Below, piece by piece: positions 1 through 9,160 of a stretch of DNA of 42,919 bases. This DNA is from an uncultured Aliiroseovarius sp. (GTDB lineage Bacteria > Pseudomonadota > Alphaproteobacteria > Rhodobacterales > Rhodobacteraceae): contig CAYNXK010000001.1 in assembly GCA_964401125.1 (NCBI GenBank), positions 1 through 42,919 on the forward strand, given 5' to 3'. Made by a program: the position numbers and the translations under genes. Numbering within the stretch: the stretch's first letter is position 1; each line of letters opens with the position of its first letter. The notes below the pieces were generated by a model that saw nothing but the letters and a program-made list of their open reading frames with translations, was not told the origin of the DNA and did not search any database.

Positions 1-780
1 GGGGGCGGGGGGCGGGGGGTTCAGGATGTCATCAACCCACTTTTGGGCGCCTGTTTTTTTTTTAATTGTAGGTGGTGGTGCGTGATCTACACAATCACGC
101 GCCCCACGCGGACAGGCAAGACGCACATGGAAATGATAGTGATGCCCCCACCATGGCCGGATTTTGCGTAGCCAGTCGCGGTTGCCGCGCGCCTGTTCAC
201 ACATCCAGACCTTGGCACCGGGAAACACAAAAATCCGCGCCACGGCTTTGTCCTGTGCCGCCGCTTTCAGAATGTTCATATGTGCCTCGGTCCAGCGCGC
301 ATTCACATAGGCACCCTTGGCCCGGCGCATGGAGATTGAAGAAAGGTTTTCGCGTGCCGTGTGGCTGAGGTTCAGGTTGCTGGCCGGTAACATCCAGATA
401 TCAACGTCAAGGCCAATCTGGTGGCTGCGGTGGCCGGTTAGCATAGGCCCGCCGCGCGGCTGGCTCATATCTCCCACATAAAGCCCACTCCAGCCGGGTT
501 GCTTTGCAGCCTTTTGGGCGAGCCGCTCAACGAACTCAACCAGCTTCGGGTGGCCCCAATTGCGATTGCGGCTCAGGCGCATGGCTTGCCAATAGGGTCC
601 GGTTTCTGCCAGTTGCACACCGCCGGCCAGACAGCCCTTGGCATAGCCCCCATAGGGATTTGCGCGCTGGTCAGAGCCTTGAATCATAGCGCCAAAAAGC
701 TGTTTTGCCGGGGTTTCGGCCTGGGCTGCACCGGGCAGAAGGGTTGCGACAATCAGCCCAATAATACGCAAAGCCTTCAT
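1..780 (-). CDS. mepA: Penicillin-insensitive murein DD-endopeptidase MepA (3' end runs off the window)
   Basis: Absent from the ORF track because the frame stays open to the window edge. The reverse-strand ATG at 780-778 gives MKALRIIGLIVATLLPGAAQA (signal peptide) ...GHRSHQIGLDVDIW...NRDWLRKIRPWWGHHYHFHVRLACP.... This follows the order and His/Asp motifs of E. coli MepA as I remember it. Its ATG overlaps the TGA of the upstream MFS gene (ATGA). Confidence 0.85.
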   Translation of the reverse strand, partial: MKALRIIGLIVATLLPGAAQAETPAKQLFGAMIQGSDQRANPYGGYAKGCLAGGVQLAETGPYWQAMRLSRNRNWGHPKLVEFVERLAQKAAKQPGWSGLYVGDMSQPRGGPMLTGHRSHQIGLDVDIWMLPASNLNLSHTARENLSSISMRRAKGAYVNARWTEAHMNILKAAAQDKAVARIFVFPGAKVWMCEQARGNRDWLRKIRPWWGHHYHFHVRLACPRGARDCVDHAPPPTIKKKTGAQKWVDDILNPPPPAP

Positions 781-2159
781 GCGGCCTGCCTTTCGGCTTC
801 GCCTTCGCCTTCTGGCTTGACCCATATGAGCAGAAACAATCCGATCAGAAACAATATGATCAACGGAGCCACGCCAAAGCGCGGGTTGCCGGTTATCAAT
901 GTGGCAAAGCCAATCAACATGGGCGCAAGAAAGGCGGTAGCTTTGCCTGAAAGCGCGTAGAGACCGAAGGCTTCGGCCGCATGTTCCGGGTCACAATGAC
1001 GAACCATCATGGTGCGCGAGGCGGCCTGAAGAGCACCCCCAGCAGCACCCAAAATGGCCCCGCAGATGTAAAAGACGATATCAGGCAGGTTCGAGCCCTC
1101 TTCCAGCGGTATGCCAAACAGGCTTTCTCGGCTCATACCGACAAGCACCGTGCAGACCGTTGCCAGCACGATAATGCAGAATATAATCACCGGCTTTGGC
1201 CCGAGGGCACGGTCTACCTTGCCGCCTACCCAGGCAAAAATAGCTGCCGAAATGGCCCCGACAATACCAAACACCCCGACCTGGGTGATCGACCAATTTA
1301 GCACCAAAACCGCATAGACTCCGCCAAAGCCATAAAGCCCGTTCAGCGCATCGCGGTAAAACAATGACGAGCCGAGATAGGCGGCAAGGCTGACCCGATG
1401 TCTGAGCGAGCGGATAGTGCATATGAGGTTTTTAATTGCGGCAGAGATGCTGATCCGGCTGCGGGTTCGGGTCTTTGGCTCTTTCACCCGAGAAAAGAAT
1501 ACTGCCATGAAAACAATGTACCAGATCACCACGAATGGCCCGATAAAGCGCGTGCCTTCACGCATTTCCGGGTCCAGCCCGAATATGGGCGCAATGCCGA
1601 TCAGGGTCTTGCCGCTCTCGTTTTCAGCAAACAAGGTCAGCATGATTATCAGCGCCAATACCCCGCCCCAATAACCAAAGGCAAAGCCGGAGCCGGAAAT
1701 TTGACCGATTTCCTCTTTGGTGCCTAGGTCGGGCAGCAGGGAGTTAGTGAAAATGGTTGTAAACTCGGCACCAATAAAGCCGATGCCGAAAGCGATCAGC
1801 ATCCACCAGAAATTCGAGGCATCCGGGTAGGCAAACCACAGCATGGCCGCGCCGAATATATAAAAACCGGAGAAGGTCCATATCCACGGCATCCGCCGCC
1901 CGGCAGCATCGGCCATGGCCCCGAGAATGGGTGCTGAAAAGGCGATGATCAGCCCTGATACAGCCAGCCCCAGAGACCAGATTGACTGGGTGCGCGCATC
2001 GGCCGCCATTTCATCCATGCCGGTGCCCATAAAGTGCTGGGTGACGATGGCCGCAAAATACGGCCCGAATATAAAGGTCACAACCAGCGTGTGATACGGC
2101 TGGCTGGCCCAGTCAAAAAAGAACCATCCCCAGATACGCTTCTTGGCACTCGTTTCCAC
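777..2159 (-). CDS. MFS transporter, UMF1/Atg22-like family
   Basis: ORF 777..2270 is a polytopic hydrophobic protein (WGWFFFDWASQPYHTLVVTFIFGPYF..., about 12 predicted helices). The likely true start is GTG 2159, preceded by GGGAGAG. The upstream ATG at 2270 would add a basic, non-conserved-looking extension. Confidence 0.8.
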   Translation of the reverse strand: METSAKKRIWGWFFFDWASQPYHTLVVTFIFGPYFAAIVTQHFMGTGMDEMAADARTQSIWSLGLAVSGLIIAFSAPILGAMADAAGRRMPWIWTFSGFYIFGAAMLWFAYPDASNFWWMLIAFGIGFIGAEFTTIFTNSLLPDLGTKEEIGQISGSGFAFGYWGGVLALIIMLTLFAENESGKTLIGIAPIFGLDPEMREGTRFIGPFVVIWYIVFMAVFFSRVKEPKTRTRSRISISAAIKNLICTIRSLRHRVSLAAYLGSSLFYRDALNGLYGFGGVYAVLVLNWSITQVGVFGIVGAISAAIFAWVGGKVDRALGPKPVIIFCIIVLATVCTVLVGMSRESLFGIPLEEGSNLPDIVFYICGAILGAAGGALQAASRTMMVRHCDPEHAAEAFGLYALSGKATAFLAPMLIGFATLITGNPRFGVAPLIILFLIGLFLLIWVKPEGEGEAERQAA

Positions 2160-2310
2160 TATGTCTCTCCCTGCTTTCGGCAAGGTATGGCAGGCAAACG
2201 GCCTTCGGGGCAAGTATTGGTTTGGCTGCAGTCTACATTTCCGGCGGCCACGGGCGGTGGCGTTCGACACTTAGATTAGCTCGCTCAACGTGACAACACC
2301 TTTGCAAGTG

Positions 2311-3294
2311 TTATCTGGCGGCAATTCTCAGGCTTTGTGGTAGGTTTTTCAACACCAGATATTCGCCCACAGCGTCGCAGCCCGGAACTGCCATTGTCAG
2401 GGGCAATGCTTCCAGCGTGCTCATACCATTGCTGCGTAGAATTGTTGCCATGATTTTGCTATCACAGGTGCCGGCAAGAACTTCTGCCTGAATGCTGATC
2501 TCAGGCCCGGCGCCTGAATCTGTCAGCATAGCTGGATAGGAGTAGATGATTGCACTATAACCCTGCTCAATCTGCCCGAGCTTGGTCAAAAAGCCGCGCG
2601 CCTCGGCAATACTATATGCCGGGCTGAAGGGAGATGTAACGCTGACATGTCCGGCACTTCCGTAAAGCGCATTATTTTCCAAGGCGTAAAGCGTGAAGCC
2701 GGTTTCACCCTGCCAGAACAGCGCAACACGCTGATAATCAGAAGCAGTCAACATCAGAATATTGGTGCTTTCAATGTGTCCATCGGTAAACATGGCGTTG
2801 AAAAAGGCATCTTCTTCCAAGGCGGGTACGGAAGCCTGCATTAGGCCAGATTGGTCAAGGCGGCTGCTGAACCGCATGCCAGCATGAAAAATATCAACCA
2901 CTTGCCCAGCATAGCACGGCGCTTCCAGTGTCAGATCAACCATCGCACCGGGTGCCGCCATGGCGGTAAACCCTGCTTCGCACTCGGCGACTGCCGGGGT
3001 TTCGGGTATTGTGTTTGCTTCAGGCAAAATAGCTGCCGGGTCTGACACAAACAAAACCGGCTGGCTTTGCGCGCGGGTCACTTGGTCAATTTTTGGCGGC
3101 ATGTGCACAGCCGGCCCGGAATCTTCTGCCAGAGAAGTTTCCTCGACGGGTATAATAACCAACTCTTGCGGTTTGGCCGTGGCATTCTGAACAGTCAGTG
3201 TATTACTATTTTGCATGAAATACCCGGACGCTGCCGCCGCACTTACCACAAACAACACTGTTACTGCTCTGATCTTATTGATTTTCAAGACCAT
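2311..3294 (-). CDS. Hypothetical membrane-anchored/exported protein, unknown function
   Basis: 327-aa ORF with a strong SD (TAAGGAGGG) before the ATG at 3294. It has an N-terminal hydrophobic anchor (AVTVLFVVSAAAASGYF) and four Cys in the extracytoplasmic part. I recognise no motif. Confidence 0.7.
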   Translation of the reverse strand: MVLKINKIRAVTVLFVVSAAAASGYFMQNSNTLTVQNATAKPQELVIIPVEETSLAEDSGPAVHMPPKIDQVTRAQSQPVLFVSDPAAILPEANTIPETPAVAECEAGFTAMAAPGAMVDLTLEAPCYAGQVVDIFHAGMRFSSRLDQSGLMQASVPALEEDAFFNAMFTDGHIESTNILMLTASDYQRVALFWQGETGFTLYALENNALYGSAGHVSVTSPFSPAYSIAEARGFLTKLGQIEQGYSAIIYSYPAMLTDSGAGPEISIQAEVLAGTCDSKIMATILRSNGMSTLEALPLTMAVPGCDAVGEYLVLKNLPQSLRIAAR

Positions 3295-3720
3295 AATACC
3301 CTCCTTAAGTTTTATTCAGGCAAATCATGCACCTAAATTACGGCAACCTCGTGGAGGCAGTGCGGCCATTTCTTCAGGCGCTTAAAGGTTTATACAGTAT
3401 TTTGTTCTATATTATCAGGTAGTTGAAAAAATACGTCACGCACTTGCCTTGATCAGGTCAAAATTTCACCCTGCAACAAGAGAAACTCAGGCTCTGTCGA
3501 AAAGTTTCGCGACTGTTTTCTTATTACCTGAAATTCCGCATAAGCTCCGCCAAAACGCTACAGGCGGGTCATAAAGGTAGGTGCCGGCTATCGCCAGAAA
3601 AGCCCAAGCGAGAAAGCAGCCAACGGCAGGATCTTGGTGGATGGGCGAAACTTACATCAAAGTTAAATCTGGGATATGGATTGGATGCAAAGCGCCCACA
3701 ACATTGAAAAAGAGCGGGCC

Positions 3721-4233
3721 TTAGCTGCCCAAAAGCAATACCCACCAGATTTTACCGTTTGGCTCCTGATGCCAGGCGAAACCAAGGTTGGCGGCGCGGC
3801 GGTCAAGGATAACATTGCGGGTGTCAGGCTGCTCCATCCATGCAGAGAGCGTCTCCAGTTCGGACTCAAATGTCTCGGAAATATTCTCGCCCAGCATTGT
3901 TCCGGGAAATCCGGTGCGCGCTACCCGGTCTAATGGCGAAGAGCCGTCAGAGCCAAAATGCCACGGGCGCCCTTGCCGTGACATGTCCCGCGAATGTGTT
4001 TCAGCAGCGGCATTCAACTTAGCATTCATTTGCACTGGAGAAGCACCTGATGCCTGACGCAGGGCATTGATGGAATCCAGCATACGAAACTGGACTTTGT
4101 CGGCAGCGCCCGCTGAAATTCGGTAAACCTGCGGAAGCGGCTTGCCGTCGGTTCCCAAACGAGGTGCCTGAACCGGGGTACAAGCAGCAAGCGTTAGTAT
4201 TAAAACCGAAAAAACAACAAAAAGACGCTTCAT
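3721..4233 (-). CDS. CAP/SCP (PR-1-like, YkwD-type) domain lipoprotein
   Basis: Start taken at the internal ATG 4233 (MKRLFVVFSVLILTLAAC, lipobox LAAC). The C-terminal region ...AAAETHSRDMSRQGRPWHFGSDGSSPLDRV...GENISE...WMEQPDTRNVILD...GFAW... is typical of bacterial CAP domains. Confidence 0.8.
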   Translation of the reverse strand: MKRLFVVFSVLILTLAACTPVQAPRLGTDGKPLPQVYRISAGAADKVQFRMLDSINALRQASGASPVQMNAKLNAAAETHSRDMSRQGRPWHFGSDGSSPLDRVARTGFPGTMLGENISETFESELETLSAWMEQPDTRNVILDRRAANLGFAWHQEPNGKIWWVLLLGS

Positions 4234-4395
4234 GATGATCCTAACAAGGTTTTTCACCCCCTATATGGAGAATCGAACATACGCAAACCAAGTTTGGCAA
4301 AAACTGGCAATATGACGCCGGTTTGATTTGCATTGCGGCATTCCAGCCATATATTAGGCACAATCACGAGGACACGAGAATAGGTAAGTTGAAAA

Positions 4396-5001
4396 ATGAC
4401 TGAATTTAAGAACACCAAACTGAACCGCCGGGCCTTCATTGGTACCTCGATTGCGGCAGCGGCAGGTGGTTTGGCTGCTCCTGCGCTTGCACAACAGGAA
4501 GATACGGTTGAGATTGAAAGCGAGATCACCGAGACCGTCCGGCGTAACATCTCCAGCTTCCGCGCTATGGATTGGCGGCCTTATTTCAGCAATCTACGCA
4601 ATGGCGCGGTCTTATGCGACACCACATCAAGAGCTTTGCACTTCTGGTCTGAAGACGAGACAATATACAAGCTTTATCCAAGCAGTGTGCCCTTGAGCGA
4701 AGACCTGACCCGCCTCGGGCGGACAAGCATTACGCGCAAGGTTGAGGGGCCAAGCTGGAGCCCGACGCCGGCCATGCGTATTCGCAACCCCGAATGGCCC
4801 CCGCGCATCCCGCCCGGACCCGATAACCCCATGGGAACCCATGCCTTACATCTTTCCTGGCGATATTACCGGATTCATGGCACCCACGATACGCGTAAAA
4901 TTGGCCGCCGCTCGTCAAATGGGTGTATTGGCCTTTTCAATGAACATATTGCGGTGCTTTACGGCCTGACAAAGGTTGGAACACAGGTGTTGCTCATTTA
5001 A
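4396..5001 (+). CDS. L,D-transpeptidase (YkuD domain) with Tat-type signal peptide
   Basis: Twin-arginine-like leader (LNRRAFIGTSIAAAAGGLAAPALA). The catalytic region reads YRIHGTHDTRKIGRRSSNGCIGLFNEHI (His...SxGC motif). Confidence 0.85.
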   Translation: MTEFKNTKLNRRAFIGTSIAAAAGGLAAPALAQQEDTVEIESEITETVRRNISSFRAMDWRPYFSNLRNGAVLCDTTSRALHFWSEDETIYKLYPSSVPLSEDLTRLGRTSITRKVEGPSWSPTPAMRIRNPEWPPRIPPGPDNPMGTHALHLSWRYYRIHGTHDTRKIGRRSSNGCIGLFNEHIAVLYGLTKVGTQVLLI

Positions 5002-5131
5002 CAACATTTCCGAAAAAAAACTCAAACAGGTTTGCGCATTCCTGCTATTCCTGCTTTCTGCAAATACGAGATCAAAGAAAATACCTCTCCTTGCGATGTG
5101 CAGGGCAGAAAATGAACTTAGGAGATTAAAA

Positions 5132-5317
5132 ATGAAGAAAACACTTGCACTCGCGCTTGTTGTGATTGTGGCTGGTTCCGCTGCTTATGCTGGCGCTCTG
5201 GTTGACCCGATCGTTGAGCCTATTGTCATCGTTGAAGAAGCTGCTGCCGGCACGGCCGCTGGCTGGCTTGTCCCGCTGATTTTGGTAGTTCTGTTGGGCG
5301 CCGCGCTTGCTAACTAG
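5132..5317 (+). CDS. Small (61 aa) exported protein with C-terminal hydrophobic anchor
   Basis: Internal ATG 5132 is preceded by AGGAGA. The sequence is MKKTLALALVVIVAGSAAYA (signal), an acidic IVEPIVIVEE core, then GWLVPLILVVLLGAALAN. A hairpin terminator follows. Confidence 0.6.
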   Translation: MKKTLALALVVIVAGSAAYAGALVDPIVEPIVIVEEAAAGTAAGWLVPLILVVLLGAALAN

Positions 5318-5376
5318 TTCTGCTGGGTACGGCGCTTGCGAGTGACGTAACTCTGTAGTTTAGTTCTTTGAACAAT

Positions 5377-5407
5377 AAAAAACCCCGCTGGTCTGGCGGG
5401 GTTTTTT
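5377..5407. terminator. Bidirectional rho-independent terminator between the small ORF and trxA
   Basis: AAAAAACCCCGC-TGGTCTG-GCGGGGTTTTTT: a GC stem flanked by an A-run and a T-run, sitting between convergent genes. Confidence 0.8.
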
Positions 5408-5423
5408 GTATCTGACCTCTGGC

Positions 5424-5744
5424 TCAGATCGTTTCATCAATCCAAGCTTGCAAAGTTGCCTTGGGTGCCGCGCCAACTTTGTTTGACACAACCTCACCGT
5501 CCTTGAACATGAACAGGGTTGGAATGCCGCGCACACCCATCTGAGCTGGCATATTGGGGTTTTCATCAACATTCAGCTTGGTGATCTTGATTTTACCTTC
5601 ATACTCGACCGACAATTCTTCTAGAGCCGGCCCGATTTGCTTGCACGGGCCGCACCATTCGGCCCAAAAATCGACAATGACAGGAATATCCGATTTACGC
5701 ACTTCTTCATCAAAAGTGGCATCAGTGATAGCAATAGTAGCCAT
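5424..5744 (-). CDS. trxA: Thioredoxin
   Basis: 106 aa from ATG 5744 (SD AGGAGA): [15 protein letters not shown]...[16 protein letters not shown]... The WCGPC active site is present. The longer tracked ORF (to 5882) overlaps the addA end and is not needed. Confidence 0.95.
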   Translation of the reverse strand: MATIAITDATFDEEVRKSDIPVIVDFWAEWCGPCKQIGPALEELSVEYEGKIKITKLNVDENPNMPAQMGVRGIPTLFMFKDGEVVSNKVGAAPKATLQAWIDETI

Positions 5745-5800
5745 GAGTTTTCTCCTAGGCATTAAGTTTGGTGCAAACCTAAGAATACCAAGCGTAATCG

Positions 5801-8800
5801 TCAAGGCGGTGCAAGCGCTGCAATAGCAAGCTTGGGCGGTATTTTCATCAAACTGGCAGTTGCTGTCCATAATATGGCACATTCCACGGGGCGACCGGGG
5901 AAAATTTGTTCCAGCGCCAGAATATAGGCACCCATTTGGCGCAATATTCCAGTGGGAATATCCTGCGGGGTATCTGGTACAATGGCATTTGACTTGAAAT
6001 CTACAACCAACACCCGCTCTGGCGAAACAAGCAGGCGATCAATAATGCCGTGAATTCTCTTACCTCCGAGAGCACTAAGCTGAGCCGAAATATCAACTTC
6101 CGCCAACGAGCTTTTGGTAAAAATATGCTTGAGATCAGGCTTTGTCAGTAAAAGAGAGACTTCTTTACATAATCTATTGGCCTCTTCAGGGGGCGCGGCA
6201 TCTTCCCCGCTTGCCAGAAGGTTTCTGGCAACCTCTGGCCATTGATTGCACGGGTAGTTGGGGAGAATTTCCAGCAAGTGGTGCATTTGCCTACCTTTGC
6301 GCTTGCCATCGGCACTCTGCAACCCGCCATCCTCGCTGGCAAGCACCTTCTCGCCACCCAGGTCTGAGGGGCTCATGGGAGCCGGGAAAATCACAGCCGG
6401 AGATACCGGCGAGAGAGCCCAGCCGGGAAGCGTTGGAATTGGCTCAGATTGTTTGGGCCTGGGCTCCTGGCGCGGAGAAGTCCAATTGCCGGTTTCATGC
6501 CGCAGCCCCGGCCCCAAGGGGGAGCTAAAGGATGCCGCGCCCATATCTTCAAGCCCTTTTTTCAGAATACTGTACCAGCTGTCCTGCTCAACCCCAACTT
6601 CCCCTGCCGCCGCAACAATAAGCCAGTTCTTCGCCCGCGTCGCTGCTACATAAAGGAGCCGGGAAAGCTCCTGCTCTTCAGCCTCGGCAATGAGGCCAGT
6701 GGCATTTTCCAAGGTTTGCGGCATAGAATCCGCCGGGGGCTTCCAGGCCAGGCCGCCATTTTCAATCTTGACCAGATCAGGAGCGTTGCGCGGGCGGCTT
6801 TTAGCCGTATCCGCCAAAATAACAATGGGTGCCTCCAGCCCCTTCGCCCCATGAATGGTCATGACCCTGATTTGGTCGCTTGCGGTATCCATCTGGCGCT
6901 TGATCGTAACCTCCATGGCGCCCAGCCATTCCAGAAAGCCAGTCAGGCTAGGAGTTTCGGTGTTTTCATAGGCAAGCGCCTGGGTCAGGAGCGCATCAAT
7001 GCCATCCTCAGCTTCATGCCCGAGCCGGGCCAGCAAGTTCCTGCGCCCGTGATGCCGGGTGAGAACACGTTCAAGCAACTCATAGGGGCGCATAAAATCG
7101 GCATTCTTTCGAAGGGCGATAAGGGTACTGACGCATTCCGGGTACTGGTCGGCCTGATTGCGCAGGGCGGCCCATAAATAAGTGCCTTTCCCACGGGGTT
7201 GAGCAAGGGCGTAAAGGTTGGATTCGGTGAGCTGGAAAAGGGGTGATTTTAGCGTAGCCGCAAGGGAAAGATCATCCTCTGGGGTTGTCAGAAACTTCAA
7301 AAGAGCCGTCAGATCCTTGACTGCAAGCTCAGCCCCAATACGCATGCGGTCAGCCCCGGCAATGGGCAGACCAAGCTCCTTGCAGGACCGAATGATGTTA
7401 TCAAATATACCGCCAGTTCTCCGGCGCACAAGAATCAGAATATCACCGGGTTTGACCGGCGTAAAATCCCCGTTTTTACCTTGAATAGACTCTTCTGAAG
7501 TGAGCCTTTTAATCTCTTTTGCCACCGCCTCACCAAGCTTAAAACTGTGAGATAGTGGAATTTCAGCATCTGCTGTATCGGTCCAGTCGCGGGCTTCCTT
7601 GTACTCTGCTTTTTCAATAGCCGGCCACAGGTCAACGCGGCCGGGCTTCTCTGCAAAGTAAGCCATATGGCGAAAGGGCGTACCCAGGCCTGGCCGGTTC
7701 AGAAGGGCGTGGTCTGCCAGTTGCAAAATCGTAGAAGCCGAGCGGAAGGAATATTCCAGCTTTCGGTTCTCAAGCCGCTTTCCTACCTGAGACAAGCGCT
7801 CATCAAAGTGCGTGTTCATGTTGGAAAATGCAGCGGGCTCTGCACCCTGAAACGAGTAGATTGATTGCTTGGGGTCGCCAACCACAAAAACAGTGCGCTC
7901 CACGCCATCTCGTGCACCCTTGCCGCTGGTAAATTCCTGCGCCAAATATTCGATGACCTTCCACTGGGCCGGGCTGGTGTCCTGCGCTTCATCAACAAGG
8001 ATGTGGTCAATGCCGCCATCCAGGCGATAAAGCACCCAGGCCGCAAGACCAGGGTCGCTAAGCAACGCCCCCGCCTTCCCGATAAGGTCATCAAAATCCA
8101 ACCAACCGCTGTTAAGCTTTCTTGCCTCGTACATTTTTAGAAAGGGTTGCGCAAAATTGTGCAGAACACGTGTTTTTTGGGCAGAATAGAGACTTGTACG
8201 CTGGTTTTTGTTATCTTCCACCCGCTGCATGAGCCTTTCCAGTGCCGCCATGGAATCTGCTGCCGCCCCTGTGCGCAAACCTCCTGTCGGGAAAGAGCCT
8301 ATCTTTGCGCCAAACGGCCTCTTAGTCTTTTTGCCAAAAAGAAACAGGCGCTCAAGAGTTTTCAAATGGGAAACTGTCATTTGCTTCCCGGTAAGTCCTG
8401 CAAGTGTATGGGCTGCTTTCTGGTCAGAAGCCTTGCCTTGTGCCAGAATCGGAACAAGGTCAGCCAGTAACTTTCTGTCCTGATTATCAAAAACAGTGTC
8501 TATCAAGACTGCTTCATCAAAATCTTCCTTTAAACCAAACCAGCTCCATATTTCGGATTTTGCTATCTTTCGGACAAAGTGCTGGCGGTTCTCGGTTATT
8601 TCTTTGGTCAAATCATAAAAGTCCTGACCCGAGTAAAATATAGCAAGCTCGGCAAGGCTGCTTGAGGCGGGCCCCGATGCCAAGTCTTCGATAACCTCTT
8701 TGCGCAAGATCAACTGCGCCCGTTCATCCATTTCAGTAAATTGTGGCGAGACTCCAGCTTCCAAAGGGAAGCGGCGCAGAAGGCTGGCACAGAACGAGTG

Positions 8801-9160
8801 GATCGTTTGGATTTTCAAGCCGCCTGGGGTTTCAATGGCGCGGGCAAACAGGCGTCGAGCGGCATTCAGATCCTGAGTTGAATTCTCGCCAAGTTTAAGC
8901 AGCTCCTTTCTGAGTGCCACATCTTCTTTCATGGCCCAATCACCAAGAAGCCGGAACAGGCGGTTTTGCATCTCGCTGGCGGCAGCTTTTGTGTAGGTCA
9001 GACACAGGATATTCTGCGGTGATACGTCCCGCAAAAGAAGTCGGGCAACTCGGTCGGTCAGGACCTTGGTTTTTCCGGACCCGGCATTTGCTGAAAGCCA
9101 AGTGGATGCCGTCGGGTCAGAGGCGCGGTTCTGACCAAGAGTTGCATTATCTTGTACCAT
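5801..9160 (-). CDS. addA: Double-strand break repair helicase-nuclease AddA (alphaproteobacterial type)
   Basis: UvrD-like motifs are present ([15 protein letters not shown] Walker A; [11 protein letters not shown]; [14 protein letters not shown]). The C-terminal PD-(D/E)XK nuclease reads GIIDRL...VVDFKSN. The chosen start, ATG 9160 ([10 protein letters not shown]), overlaps the addB TAA by 1 nt. Confidence 0.9.
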   Translation of the reverse strand: MVQDNATLGQNRASDPTASTWLSANAGSGKTKVLTDRVARLLLRDVSPQNILCLTYTKAAASEMQNRLFRLLGDWAMKEDVALRKELLKLGENSTQDLNAARRLFARAIETPGGLKIQTIHSFCASLLRRFPLEAGVSPQFTEMDERAQLILRKEVIEDLASGPASSSLAELAIFYSGQDFYDLTKEITENRQHFVRKIAKSEIWSWFGLKEDFDEAVLIDTVFDNQDRKLLADLVPILAQGKASDQKAAHTLAGLTGKQMTVSHLKTLERLFLFGKKTKRPFGAKIGSFPTGGLRTGAAADSMAALERLMQRVEDNKNQRTSLYSAQKTRVLHNFAQPFLKMYEARKLNSGWLDFDDLIGKAGALLSDPGLAAWVLYRLDGGIDHILVDEAQDTSPAQWKVIEYLAQEFTSGKGARDGVERTVFVVGDPKQSIYSFQGAEPAAFSNMNTHFDERLSQVGKRLENRKLEYSFRSASTILQLADHALLNRPGLGTPFRHMAYFAEKPGRVDLWPAIEKAEYKEARDWTDTADAEIPLSHSFKLGEAVAKEIKRLTSEESIQGKNGDFTPVKPGDILILVRRRTGGIFDNIIRSCKELGLPIAGADRMRIGAELAVKDLTALLKFLTTPEDDLSLAATLKSPLFQLTESNLYALAQPRGKGTYLWAALRNQADQYPECVSTLIALRKNADFMRPYELLERVLTRHHGRRNLLARLGHEAEDGIDALLTQALAYENTETPSLTGFLEWLGAMEVTIKRQMDTASDQIRVMTIHGAKGLEAPIVILADTAKSRPRNAPDLVKIENGGLAWKPPADSMPQTLENATGLIAEAEEQELSRLLYVAATRAKNWLIVAAAGEVGVEQDSWYSILKKGLEDMGAASFSSPLGPGLRHETGNWTSPRQEPRPKQSEPIPTLPGWALSPVSPAVIFPAPMSPSDLGGEKVLASEDGGLQSADGKRKGRQMHHLLEILPNYPCNQWPEVARNLLASGEDAAPPEEANRLCKEVSLLLTKPDLKHIFTKSSLAEVDISAQLSALGGKRIHGIIDRLLVSPERVLVVDFKSNAIVPDTPQDIPTGILRQMGAYILALEQIFPGRPVECAILWTATASLMKIPPKLAIAALAPP

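Noticed and set aside
1-19. G-quadruplex-forming tract GGGGGCGGGGGGCGGGGGG
   Set aside because: Only three G-runs are visible before the window edge. The tract is explained by Pro codons (CCC/CCG) on the mepA coding strand.
72-960. Plus-strand ORFs 72-368, 499-960 and 504-689
   Set aside because: They overlap the minus-strand mepA frame, which reads as an excellent MepA homolog open to the window edge. The plus-strand products are compositionally odd.
5132-5317. VPLPA-CTERM/PEP-CTERM-type sorting signal in the 61-aa protein
   Set aside because: The tail AAGWLVPLILVVLLGAALAN is superficially similar. It lacks the signature motif order and the terminal Arg cluster, so no sorting-signal call is made.
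6142-8643. Multiple 60-240-aa plus-strand ORFs inside addA
   Set aside because: All lie antisense to the continuous 1119-aa AddA frame, which carries the helicase and nuclease motifs. None has independent support.
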